Position numbers and translations under genes: made by a program
The notes under the pieces: generated by a model
What the model was told of the DNA's origin: nothing
Database searches by the model: none
What the model saw: the letters and a program-made list of their open reading frames with translations, nothing else
Part shown: piece by piece, positions 10,586 through 20,194 of the stretch
How positions within the stretch are numbered: position 1 is the first letter of the stretch
Layout: each line of letters opens with the position of its first letter
Source of the DNA: Candidatus Dormiibacterota bacterium
Lineage (GTDB): Bacteria; Chloroflexota; Dormibacteria; Aeolococcales; Aeolococcaceae
DNA: 64,000 nt
Assembly: GCA_963743835.1 (NCBI GenBank)
Contig: CAVUQX010000004.1
Coordinates: 2,560-66,559, forward strand
Direction: 5' to 3'

Positions 10586-11378
10586 CAGCGCCGGCGGGCC
10601 TCGGCCGTCTCCCCTGCGCCATCCCGACGAACTGACGCAGCGCCTCGGTCGGCGACGGACGGGTCGCAACCTCGCGCAGCAGCATCTTGCTTTCGGAGAG
10701 CAATTCCGCGTCGGGAAGCTCGCCACGACCCGACGTTGCCACGACCCAGCCCGGGGAGTACCAGAGTACGGTTTCGAACGCGAGCCCGCTGAGCGTGAGG
10801 CCGTTGAGCAGTGAATCCGTGATCCGCGAGAGCGGCCGTTTCGCGTTTGTGACGACGATGCCCCTGATTCGGTCGAGGACGTCGAGCTGCTGCGCGAGTC
10901 CGACGGTCAGCGCAGCCGCTCGCAGCGAGAGGATGTCGAGCGCGGTCGGGATGACGATGCGGTCCGCCGCTCCCATCGGCCCAACCAGGGACGGTTCGTG
11001 GGGATGCGTGTCCAGCAGGATGATGTCGCAATCGTCACGAACATCCGCGAGCATCTCATCGAGCTGTTCCTTCGAGGGCGACTCGTCGTTGAGGCTCCGA
11101 TGCGACACCACAGTTCGGATTCCCAGTGGGTGATCGATCAGGGCTTCGCGCAGGGTGACGCGACCATGAAGGACGTCGATGACGGTGACGCTGCGTTTGG
11201 CCCGCTCGAGCGCGTTGCTCAATCCGCCGGTGGGATCGAGGTCGATTGCGATGACCTTGAGACCACCCGCGGCGGCGGCAGCGCACAGGGCATAGCTGCT
11301 GGTTGTCTTTCCGACACCACCTTTTAGCGACGCAATCGTGATTACTTCTGCAGGCACGTCCGTAGAATATCCGCACAT
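10575..11378 (-). CDS. ParA/MinD-like ATPase (second copy)
   Basis: ORF 10575..11429, probable start ATG 11378 ([31 protein letters not shown]). Also VIAIDLDPTGGLSNAL and IILLDTHP. Converges on the 10058..10585 gene with an 11-nt overlap. Confidence 0.85.
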   Translation of the reverse strand: MCGYSTDVPAEVITIASLKGGVGKTTSSYALCAAAAAGGLKVIAIDLDPTGGLSNALERAKRSVTVIDVLHGRVTLREALIDHPLGIRTVVSHRSLNDESPSKEQLDEMLADVRDDCDIILLDTHPHEPSLVGPMGAADRIVIPTALDILSLRAAALTVGLAQQLDVLDRIRGIVVTNAKRPLSRITDSLLNGLTLSGLAFETVLWYSPGWVVATSGRGELPDAELLSESKMLLREVATRPSPTEALRQFVGMAQGRRPRPAGAVSP

Positions 11379-13848
11379 GGCCACCGCGGCGCCCCATGTC
11401 AAGTTACTGCGACAGCTTGCCGGCGCCAAAGACGATTATCTGAGCGGCGCGTTCGACATTTCCTGGGACGGCGCCAAGGCGACGCTCTACCTGGTCTTCG
11501 GACGGCCGAGCCACGCTGTCTTCGAAAACGGTCAAGAACAGATCGAAGGGGAAGCAGCGATCGACGCGCTGCTCGCGGCGCTGCCGCGGGCCTTCACCGT
11601 CTCCGACTGGCGGCGCGCCATGTCACCGCACGAGACGCTTTCGATCACGATCGACGAGCTCGCCGGCCCGTTCGTGCGCCTCGCCGGCTCGTACGCGGAT
11701 GACCCGGTCACCGACGAGAGCCCCGAATGGTGGAGCGCTGTCGACGATTCGCCGGACCTCCCCTTCGGCATCGTGGACTTCCCGTTGCTTCCCGGTGGGC
11801 GTCCGCTCTGGGTCGCGGCCTCCCCGGAGGAGATTCATCTTTCCGAGCGCCTGTCCGAGTTGCCACCGTCGATCCTGATCCTCACCGGGGCGAAGCTGCG
11901 CGCCGCTGCAGTGGTGAGCGGCGGCGACCTCATCGATGCGGTCTGGATCGACTCCGACGATCACGCGCGCGGCGAGACGGCGGGTATGGCCCTGCTCGGA
12001 GCGACCAAGGGCTCGCTTGCGGGGTACGCGCTTGACGACCCACGCGTGGCCGAGGCGCTGACCATGCTGTGGCGCCTCCCGGTAGCCGTGAGCGGCGTCG
12101 ACCTGTCGTGGCTCGACCCGGCCTCCATGCTGGCCGCCTTCCGCGCCGACGGCCTCGACCGGGTGCTCGTGATCGACGCCCCCGTCCGGGGCATCGCGCT
12201 CTTCAGCCGGGGCGGCCTGGTGGCCGTGTATTCAGAGACTCAGCGGTCGGCTGTCGCCTCGCCGGAGCGGCTGCGTTCCCTGCTGTCCCAAGCACGCGGC
12301 CGGCTGACCGTGATGGAACGCAAACCGCGACCACTTGCGACCGATGCGACCAAACCGGCGAGTGCGCACGACTTCTTCGAGCTTGAGCCGGCCGAGCCGG
12401 TCTCGGCGGAGCAGCCCGCGGCAGTCGAGGAACCGGTCGCGGACGAGCAGCCGGCCGCGAGCTCTGAACCGCTGGCAACCAGCTCGGTCGAGCTCGTTCG
12501 GAAAGATCCCGAGGCTGACGCCGGCGGCGAGCCGGCATCTGACCACACCGCGTTCGACGCGTCCGAAACGCCACCCCCGCCACCACCCGACGAGGGGGTT
12601 GCCGCCATGGCGATTGGAGCGGCACCGCCGCTATCGCCGGCAGCAGACGCGGCGGCATCTGAGGAGTCGGAGTCCACGTCCAAACCAAAGCGTTCGCGCT
12701 GGGGCTTCGGCAGGTCTCGGAAATCCCGCGCCGGCAAACAGGCTGCCGAGGTGGCCGCCCCAGTGGCCGATATTGCGGCGACCGAGGCGGAGGCCGCGAC
12801 CTTCGCCGGCTGGAGCGTGCGTCAGCCCAACGAAGAGCCGCAGCCGGTCTGGCAGCGGTCGCACGACGTTTCCGAAGTGACGCCGCCATCGAGCGCTGGC
12901 GCTGAAGCCGTGAGCGACGACACGCCGGATCCGACCTCGGCGGTAGCTGATGCCGAGGACGAGCCGGCGGCATACGTGGCGCCATCGGTCGAAGGAGACC
13001 TCCCGGTCTCTGCCGAGGACCAAACGGACACGGCCGCAACCGCGCCATACGGCGACGGCGACGAACACGACGTCGAGGCTCCCCACGACTTCTTGCAGCA
13101 GCACGACGTCGGCCTCGCAGAGGACGACCGGGGCAGCCCTGCGTCGGAGACCGCCGGCGGTGACGATGGCTTCGAGTTTGCATCGTTGGATGAGCCACCA
13201 CCCGAGCCGGCAGCGCCGGCCACCTCGGAGAGCTGGCTCTCGAACTCGTGGCTCGACGATGTGGTGAGCGGTGATGAGCCTTCGGAGCCGGCGTCCGCGG
13301 CCGCGCCGGAGACCGACGCAGAAGAGCCTGAACGCGACGAAGCCGCCGGCGACGCCGATCACGTCATCCTCGAACTCCCGAGGTCTGCACCAGTCCTCCG
13401 GAAGCCAGGACCCTGGAGCTGGCCGCTTGCCGAGCCGGACGATGAGGATCGCGCCTCGGGAGCATCTGGTGAGGCGCCCGACGAACCGAGTGCTCCGGTG
13501 ATGGAACCAGCCGTGGTTGCGGTACCGAGACACGAGGAGATCGTGGCCGCATTCGAGAGCGGCGCCGAGTCCGGCTTCTTTCAACGCGATGAGCCGATCG
13601 GCTCCCAGTACGTGGACTTCGACGAGGTGCGCAACGAGCTGGTCCAGATCGGCGTCGTCTGGCTCGGTGAGGCCAACGCCGTGCAGGTGACCGCACTCCT
13701 CAGCAGCACGCGATCGACAATCGACGACTTCGTCGCCACCATCGACACCATTCGCGGCCTGCACATCGAAGGACAGGACCCCGCGTCGATCCAGGCGATG
13801 GCTCGGGAGATGCACCAGCAGGCTGCCGAGCGGCTGTGCGGGGCATGA
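11377..13848 (+). CDS. 823-aa acidic protein: N-terminal repeated DUF4388/PATAN-like modules, long Glu/Asp/Pro/Ala-rich disordered centre, small structured C-terminus
   Basis: ORF 11338..13848, ATG at 11377 (MATAAPHVKLLRQLAG). Modules by eye: YLSGAFDISWDGAKATLYLVFGRPSHAVFENGQEQIEGEAAIDALL; AAAVVSGGDLIDAVWIDSDDHARGETAGMALLGA; VLVIDAPVRGIALFSRGGLVAVYSE. The DUF4388 assignment is motif resemblance only and needs an HMM check. Confidence 0.7.
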   Translation: MATAAPHVKLLRQLAGAKDDYLSGAFDISWDGAKATLYLVFGRPSHAVFENGQEQIEGEAAIDALLAALPRAFTVSDWRRAMSPHETLSITIDELAGPFVRLAGSYADDPVTDESPEWWSAVDDSPDLPFGIVDFPLLPGGRPLWVAASPEEIHLSERLSELPPSILILTGAKLRAAAVVSGGDLIDAVWIDSDDHARGETAGMALLGATKGSLAGYALDDPRVAEALTMLWRLPVAVSGVDLSWLDPASMLAAFRADGLDRVLVIDAPVRGIALFSRGGLVAVYSETQRSAVASPERLRSLLSQARGRLTVMERKPRPLATDATKPASAHDFFELEPAEPVSAEQPAAVEEPVADEQPAASSEPLATSSVELVRKDPEADAGGEPASDHTAFDASETPPPPPPDEGVAAMAIGAAPPLSPAADAAASEESESTSKPKRSRWGFGRSRKSRAGKQAAEVAAPVADIAATEAEAATFAGWSVRQPNEEPQPVWQRSHDVSEVTPPSSAGAEAVSDDTPDPTSAVADAEDEPAAYVAPSVEGDLPVSAEDQTDTAATAPYGDGDEHDVEAPHDFLQQHDVGLAEDDRGSPASETAGGDDGFEFASLDEPPPEPAAPATSESWLSNSWLDDVVSGDEPSEPASAAAPETDAEEPERDEAAGDADHVILELPRSAPVLRKPGPWSWPLAEPDDEDRASGASGEAPDEPSAPVMEPAVVAVPRHEEIVAAFESGAESGFFQRDEPIGSQYVDFDEVRNELVQIGVVWLGEANAVQVTALLSSTRSTIDDFVATIDTIRGLHIEGQDPASIQAMAREMHQQAAERLCGA

Positions 13849-13852
13849 TCCG

Positions 13853-14287
13853 GTGACCAACCAGCTGGTGAGCTGGATCCAGGATCACTCCGTGCTGATC
13901 CTGGCCGGACTCGCCGTGGTCGAGGGTCTCATCAGTCTTGGCCTGGTCCGCAACGCGCGCCACGCGCGCCATGAGATGAGAGCGGCCCAGGCAGCAGCTC
14001 TCGAGTCCGCGCGAGCTGCCGCGCTCGCGGCGCCCGGCGCCATCGATCCTGAGGCGGTGCTTGCGCTCCTGCGCCAGGGCCACGCACCAACACTCGACAA
14101 CGTCTACGCAATGATGGCGCGCCGCGAACGCGAGGGTGCCGGCAACTCCGACGAGAGCGGCGCCGTGCCGGGCCGCTCCTCGTCAACATCGACCGCGACG
14201 GAGATTCCCAGTCGGGGCAGACCTGATGCACAAACGTCGCTGACCACATCTCAGGTGGAAGAGCGGCTCCGTCAGTACGAGCGCTGA
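13853..14287 (+). CDS. hypothetical membrane-anchored protein
   Basis: ORF 13853..14287, starting 5 nt after the preceding stop. One N-terminal TM helix (HSVLILAGLAVVEGLISLGLV), then a helical Ala/Arg-rich region. Confidence 0.55.
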   Translation: MTNQLVSWIQDHSVLILAGLAVVEGLISLGLVRNARHARHEMRAAQAAALESARAAALAAPGAIDPEAVLALLRQGHAPTLDNVYAMMARREREGAGNSDESGAVPGRSSSTSTATEIPSRGRPDAQTSLTTSQVEERLRQYER

Positions 14288-14294
14288 CGGACGG

Positions 14295-14819
14295 CTACCT
14301 CGGGTGGGCGCGCCGTTCGAGGGAACTGGGCCGGCCCCGGCCACAGGCTTCGGCCGCCGCCAGGAACGCCATCGCCACGGCCTCCTCGCGAAGGTGCGCA
14401 ATCGCCTCCTCGGTCCGGTGCAGCACCGCAACGCTGTTGCGAATGGTCCAGCCTGATCGGCCCGAGACCGTCGGAGGCAGCAGCTGCTCACCGGGCTGGC
14501 GCACTGACCACGTCGCGGAAGCGGTCGTGGCGGGCCTCGTACCGCTGGGCGTGGAGTCAGGACGCCGCGTGCCGTCCAGACTTCCGGTGCGTGCTACCTC
14601 GACGAAGTCGGAATGACCCTGCGGGACACTGAGGTCTTCGATCGCTGCCGGCCAGACGCTGTCCGGTTGGGGGATCGATTTGATGCGGGTGGTGCCGGCG
14701 AGCGCGAACAGCGCCGCGGCGAGGTCTTCCCCGGAGTCGAAGGCACTCCCCTCTCCGAACCACTCGTCGTCCTGGACCGAGGCTCCCCCCACTGTCGTCA
14801 TCGTCCCCGTACCTATCAC
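14295..14819 (-). CDS. hypothetical protein
   Basis: ORF 14295..14819. It fills the gap between a convergent neighbour and the divergent cpaF. I recognised no motif. Confidence 0.4.
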   Translation of the reverse strand: MIGTGTMTTVGGASVQDDEWFGEGSAFDSGEDLAAALFALAGTTRIKSIPQPDSVWPAAIEDLSVPQGHSDFVEVARTGSLDGTRRPDSTPSGTRPATTASATWSVRQPGEQLLPPTVSGRSGWTIRNSVAVLHRTEEAIAHLREEAVAMAFLAAAEACGRGRPSSLERRAHPR

Positions 14820-14982
14820 AACGAGCTGATCGTACCCGGACGACTTAACGAGTCGTGGATGTCTGGAACGCTAGCGGAATCGAACGTGTATCGAACCGGT
14901 TGCCACCGGCGGAACGTCGCGCCGCCGCGCACACAATCGGCGCGGAACCGCCTTCCGTCCGAAACCCAAGGAGCATTCTCAC

Positions 14983-16153
14983 GTGAGCATGGCAGCCGTC
15001 CCGCAGAAGCTCGACAGCCGGTATCTCGAGGCTCTCGGTCCACTGCGTCCACTCGTCGACGACGACAGCCTGACTGAGATCATGGTCAACGGACCCGAGA
15101 TGGTCTACGTGGAACGCAAGGGCAAGATCCTTCTCACCGACATCCGCTTCGACGACGAAGCGCATCTGATGCGCGTGATCGACACGATCGGTGCCGCTGT
15201 CGGCCGCCGCATCAACTCGCGAACACCGCTCATGGATGCCCGGCTCCTCGACGGATCGCGCGTGAACGCCGCCATTCCCCCGGTCGCGCTCGACGGACCA
15301 ATTCTGACGATTCGTAAGTTCAGCAAGGATCCGTATCAGGTCTCGGACCTCATCGGATTCGGGACGCTGACCCAGGAATCCGCAGCGTTCATCCAGGCTT
15401 GCGTGCTCGCGCGAGCCAACATCCTCGTGTCCGGGCGGAACCGGTACCGGTAAGACGACCCTTCTCAACGTGTGCTCAGGGTTCATCCCCATCGACGAGC
15501 GCATCGTGACCATCGAGGACGCGGCCGAGCTGCAGCTCCACCAGGAGCACGTCTGCCGTCTCGAGGCTCGTCCTGCTGATGTGAACGGCGAAGGCCGGAT
15601 CGCGATTCGAGAGCTGGTCATCAACTCGCTGCGTATGCGACCCGATCGCATCGTCGTCGGAGAGTGCCGTGGTGGCGAAGCCCTCGACATGCTCCAGGCG
15701 ATGAACACCGGTCACGATGGCTCGCTGACCACCATCCACGCAAACAGCCCACGCGAGACGCTCTCGAGGCTCGAGACCCTTGTCCTCATGGCCGGCCTGG
15801 ACCTGCCCCTCAAGGCAATCCGTCAGCAGATCGCCGGCGCGATCAACCTGATCATCCAGCTGAACCGCCTCAAGGATGGTTCGCGCAAGGTCGTCTCGGT
15901 GACCGAGGTCATCGGGATGGAGGGCGAGATGATCACCGTGCAGGAGATCTTCAAGTTCGAGTCGCGCGGCGCTGATCCATCGACCGGAAAGATCATCGGC
16001 GACTTCGAGCCGACGGGCATCCGGCCGCGCATCATCGACAGGCTGTTCGACATGGGTATCCCGCTCCCACCGCGTCTCGCGCAGATCTTCCCGGACCGCC
16101 GCCAGGTCGGCGTCGTCACCGAGAAGAACGGACACCTGAGCGGGGTCGCATAG
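14983..16153 (+). pseudogene. cpaF: CpaF/TadA-type secretion ATPase (short paralog), frameshift inside Walker A
   Basis: ORFs 14983..15453 and 15470..16153 are the two halves. The first ends [10 protein letters not shown]. Removing one G from the GGG run at about 15433-15435 restores [21 protein letters not shown]. Downstream motifs: [49 protein letters not shown]. Confidence 0.85.
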
Positions 16154-16301
16154 CCGCCTCGAGGGTCCCCCGGGTGTATCCCCTGGCCTGATCCCTGCGC
16201 CTCACCTGTACCCGCAGCGGCAATGGCCTGACGGAGACGGACGGCATCGGCGACGTCGACACGTATCGGCGCGTCTCGTCCATCCCCTAGCTCGGCCGAC
16301 G

Positions 16302-16496
16302 TCAGGCTGCGGGTGGCGGAAGGTTCACCGGCTCGTAGATGAGGCCCTCGCCGCAGCAGCGACCGCACTCATCGTCGGCTCCGGCTCTCGAAGCCCAGAC
16401 GCCGACGGTGCCGTGGCGAAACTCCACCTTGCGATTCCGGTCGCCTGAGCCGTTGCAGTTCGGGCAGCGGATGAGACGCTCCTCTGCGGCATGCAT
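16302..16496 (-). CDS. 64-aa DnaJ-type zinc-finger mini-protein
   Basis: ORF 16302..16544 with internal ATG at 16496: MHAAEERLIRCPNCNGSGDRNRKVEFRHGTVGVWASRAGADDECGRCCGEGLIYEPV. Two CxxCxGxG motifs. It lies 86 nt downstream of and co-oriented with cpaF 16583..18208. Confidence 0.55.
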   Translation of the reverse strand: MHAAEERLIRCPNCNGSGDRNRKVEFRHGTVGVWASRAGADDECGRCCGEGLIYEPVNLPPPAA

Positions 16497-16582
16497 GGCT
16501 GAAGACTGCGCGCATTCACATGAAACATCTGTACGCCCGCGCACCTATGGCGCTCCCTCTCACACCGGCTGTGAGCGCGAGA

Positions 16583-18208
16583 TCAGGCGGAGCCGACCCC
16601 GTCCATCACGTGGATGGGCTGGAAGACGTCTTCGGACAGCTCCTCGCCCGAGGTGGTCAGGTGCTCGAGGAACGTGGGGAGCACACCGGTCGGCATGTAC
16701 GAACCGACCACCTTGCCGTCCTCATCGACGCCGGCCTGCTTGTACACGAAGATGTCCTGCAGGCGTACCTCGTTGTTCTCGGTCCCGAGCACCTCGGTGA
16801 TGCTGACGATCTTGCGCGTCCCGTCGCGGAGGCGAGACTGCTGCACGATGACGTTGACCGCCGAGCCGATCTGCTCGCGGATGGCACGCGACGGCAACTC
16901 CGCGCCGGCCATGAGCACCAGCGTCTCGAGACGGCTGATGCAGTCGTGCGCGTTGTTTGCATGGAGCGTGGTCAACGAACCATCGTGGCCGGTGTTCATC
17001 GCCTGGAGCATGTCGAGTGCTTCACCACCACGGCACTCTCCGACGACGATGCGGTCGGGTCGCATGCGCAATGAGTTGATAACCAGATCTCGAATCGAGA
17101 CGCGGCCACGACCCTCCACGTTGGCGGGGCGCGTCTCCAGCGTGACCACGTGCTCCTGACGGAGCTGAAGCTCGGCCGCATCCTCGATGGTGACGATGCG
17201 CTCGTCCTCGGGGATGAAGCTGCTCAGGATGTTGAGCGTCGTGGTCTTTCCGGAGCCGGTACCGCCGCTCACCACCACGTTCATCTTTCCGCGAACACAG
17301 GCGCGAAGAAAACGCACCATGTCCTCGGTGACCGACCCGTACTTGACGAGGTCACCGATGGTGAGCGCCTCCTTGGCGAACTTCCGGATGGTCATGGTCG
17401 GTCCGCGCAGCGCCAGCGGCGGAATGATCACGTTGACACGGGATCCGTCCTTGAGGCGCGCATCGACCATCGGCGACGATTCGTCGACGCGCCGGCCGAT
17501 GCTGCTGACGATCCTGTCGATGACCTGCATCAACTGCTGGTCACTTTCGAAGGTGACCGGGCTGAGGGTCAGCTTGCCATGCTGCTCGACGTAGATCTGC
17601 TTGTAGCTGTTGATCATGATTTCGGTGATCTCATCGCTGGCGAGCAGCTCCTCGAGCGGACCGAGCCCGAGAACGTCGTTGGTCAGGATCTCCACGAGCC
17701 GGAGCCGGTCGGGCCGGCTCATCGTGATGTTCTGCTCGGTGATCACGTCATTGAGCAGCTCGCCGATGCGCTGACGAACCACCTCGGGTGGTACCGAGTC
17801 GGTACCCTGGGCGAGTTCCTCGACCAGTCGCTGATGCACCTTGCCGCGCAGCGCGACGTGGGTGTTGACGTGACCGCCCATCTTGCTGAGCCCGCCCCGT
17901 GGGGACGCGCCACCGGTGCGGTTCAGCAGGGTCGGCGCGCGTTGCGGCTCGGGCGCGGGTGCGGGTCGCTCAACCTCGAAGGGACGCGGTGCGGGCGCGG
18001 GCGCGGGTGCCGGCGTCGGAGCAGCCGCGACCGGAGCCGGAGACACACCACCAGGCCGGTTCTGCCATCCTGCCGGCGGGAAGCGATCGGCGCCATCGTC
18101 GGGTGTGCGATCCGGCGATCCGGAGGGTGCCGGGGACGATGGGGCGCTGGGGGTGGAGGCGGGAGATGTCCCTTCCGCCTTCCGCTGCACTCGGTCGAGC
18201 AACGACAT
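16583..18208 (-). CDS. cpaF: CpaF/TadA-type secretion ATPase (long paralog, Pro/Ala-rich N-terminus)
   Basis: ORF 16583..18208, 541 aa. Walker [67 protein letters not shown]. About 110 aa of Pro/Ala/Ser-rich N-terminal extension. Confidence 0.92.
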   Translation of the reverse strand: MSLLDRVQRKAEGTSPASTPSAPSSPAPSGSPDRTPDDGADRFPPAGWQNRPGGVSPAPVAAAPTPAPAPAPAPRPFEVERPAPAPEPQRAPTLLNRTGGASPRGGLSKMGGHVNTHVALRGKVHQRLVEELAQGTDSVPPEVVRQRIGELLNDVITEQNITMSRPDRLRLVEILTNDVLGLGPLEELLASDEITEIMINSYKQIYVEQHGKLTLSPVTFESDQQLMQVIDRIVSSIGRRVDESSPMVDARLKDGSRVNVIIPPLALRGPTMTIRKFAKEALTIGDLVKYGSVTEDMVRFLRACVRGKMNVVVSGGTGSGKTTTLNILSSFIPEDERIVTIEDAAELQLRQEHVVTLETRPANVEGRGRVSIRDLVINSLRMRPDRIVVGECRGGEALDMLQAMNTGHDGSLTTLHANNAHDCISRLETLVLMAGAELPSRAIREQIGSAVNVIVQQSRLRDGTRKIVSITEVLGTENNEVRLQDIFVYKQAGVDEDGKVVGSYMPTGVLPTFLEHLTTSGEELSEDVFQPIHVMDGVGSA

Positions 18209-18375
18209 CTGAGCTCAAACCACCTCATGTGATCGCTGGAATACCTGCCCGAAGGCTGGGATCAAGCATCCCCGGGATGCAGGGTCAGCGGTGCAACGAT
18301 CCTGTCGAAGCAGCGTCCCAGGGGCTCTGAGGGGGGTTTCATAGGGACCGGCCGGAACCGCTCGGTCATGTTCGA

Positions 18376-19349
18376 GTGTCTGTTCACCTGAAGGATCGCC
18401 GCATGGAATATCGGCCGTTGCTCCCGGTGTGGGACGAATTGGTGCGAACCGCAGGCGCGGTTCGTGCTGACTTGCCTCTCGCGCAGACGACGCCTGACGG
18501 AGACGGGCGGCTGCGCCGCGCCCTCCGACCGGTTGCGATGACGGCCGCGATCGTCACCGCTGCAGGGCTCGCGGTGCTGCACCTTGCCGGGACGCCCGGT
18601 GTCGCCAGCGCCAACGGCGGCGAGGATTCGCAGCTGTTCTCATACACAAACGGCGACCGCGCCAGCAACGGCGTGCATTCGCTGGTGTTCAGCGGCACGC
18701 TCGAGAACATCGGTGAGGGTGCGTCCTACAACTGCAACGGTATCCACGTCAACGGACGCTCCGACGACATGATCCGGCGCAACTATTTCGCCCACCCGAT
18801 CCTGGGCTGTGGCCAGCTCGTCTTCTCGATGATGCAGGCGTACGGCGTTCGTTACCGGTCGGCTGGTGAGAACATCGGGTGGGAGTCTGGAGCCTCGAGC
18901 CCAGCCGGCTACATCAACAGCGCCTTCATGAACAGCAGCGACCACCGCGCCAATATCCTCGACGGCAACTACACCGAGATGGGAGTCGGATCCGACGAGA
19001 GCGCGCCGGGCGTGACCTGGACGGGGTCGGGAGCCGAGCAGAACGTGTGGATGTTCAGTGAGGAATTCGCCCAGGTGGGCACGTCCTCTCCGCCACCGCC
19101 GCGACGACCCCCACCCACGAAACCCGCCCCGCGCAACTCCCCGGCTCCGAAGGCCCCCGCGGTTGCTCCGGCCACCACCGCTCCCACCCCAACGCCGGCA
19201 CACACTCCGGCGCCGTCGCCCACGGCGACTCCCTGGTCATCCCGTCCGGAAGCCTCCCCCAGAGCCTTCCCGCTCCACCCGTGGCGCAATACGAGGGCCT
19301 GTTCCCCAACACGATCGAATCCGTTCTCGAAGCCTTCCTCACCTTCTAA
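18376..19349 (+). pseudogene. secreted CAP/SCP (YkwD-like) domain protein with Pro-rich C-terminal region; probable frame change near the 3' end
   Basis: ORF 18376..19638. Signal/TM segment AMTAAIVTAAGLAVLHLAGTPGVASA. CAP-domain string RRNYFAHP...GENIGWESG...FMNSSDHRANILDGNYTEMGVG. Then PPPPRRPPPTKPAP... The ORF runs on into the next gene, whereas another frame reads LFPNTIESVLEAFLTF* with TAA at 19347-19349 just before an RBS-like AAAGGGGG. Confidence 0.65.
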
Positions 19350-19363
19350 AGGGGGCCAGCACC

Positions 19364-20194
19364 CTGACTCAGCTCAGCACCGTCGAAGCGTCTGCGGGCG
19401 ACCTCGATGGCAACATCGTCGTCGCCACCGGTCTCCACAAGGCCTACCGGGTCAGCCGGCCACCGCGAGAGGCGATCCGCGATGTCTCGATCACCGTCAA
19501 GGCGGGCGACTTCATCGCGATCATGGGCCCGAGCGGCTGCGGCAAAAGCACGCTCCTGCACATGCTCGGCGGCCTGGAACCGCCCGACCGGGGGTCGGTC
19601 ACGATCCAGGGAATCGATGTCTACGCCCTCGAGGATGAGGAGCGCTCGGCCTTCCGTCGCGACCACATCGGCGTCGTCTTCCAGTTCTTCAACCTGCTTC
19701 CGACCCTCACCGCGGCCGAGAACGTCGCCCTGCCGCTCCGGCTCCGCAATGAGGCGCCGAGCCGCCACCGGCAGAAGCTCTCCCGGCAGGTGATCGGCGA
19801 TCGGGTCTACGCGCTCATGGAGCAGCTCAACCTGCACGGCCTTCAGGGCCATGGCCCCGAGGAGATCTCGGGCGGCGAGCAGCAGCGGGTCGCCCTCGCC
19901 CGAGCGCTCGCCGCGTCGCCATCGCTGCTCCTCGCCGACGAGCCCACCGGCAACCTCGACTGGACGAGCGGCCATGAGGTGATGGCGCTGTTGACGCGGC
20001 TGTGCCGTCAGGAGCATCAGACCGCAGTTCTTGTGACTCACGACGCCCGGGTCGCCGCCTACGCGGACCGAGTCCTGATCATGCGCGACGGCGTGGTGGT
20101 CGACGATGTGGCGCTGAGCCACGCCGGGCAGGGGCCCGACGAGATGCCGGAACCAACGCTCCTTGTGGCGAGGCTCGCCAAGCTGCAGCTGTGA
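19364..20194 (+). CDS. ABC transporter ATP-binding protein (MacB/LolD/FtsE-like)
   Basis: In the frame of ORF 19058..20194. Walker [15 protein letters not shown]-loop VFQFFNL, signature [15 protein letters not shown], Walker [14 protein letters not shown]-loop VTHD. There is no in-frame ATG/GTG/TTG between the upstream junk and Walker A. The best candidate start is CTG at 19364, 8 nt after AAAGGGGG, so the start is uncertain. Confidence 0.85.
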   Translation: MTQLSTVEASAGDLDGNIVVATGLHKAYRVSRPPREAIRDVSITVKAGDFIAIMGPSGCGKSTLLHMLGGLEPPDRGSVTIQGIDVYALEDEERSAFRRDHIGVVFQFFNLLPTLTAAENVALPLRLRNEAPSRHRQKLSRQVIGDRVYALMEQLNLHGLQGHGPEEISGGEQQRVALARALAASPSLLLADEPTGNLDWTSGHEVMALLTRLCRQEHQTAVLVTHDARVAAYADRVLIMRDGVVVDDVALSHAGQGPDEMPEPTLLVARLAKLQL

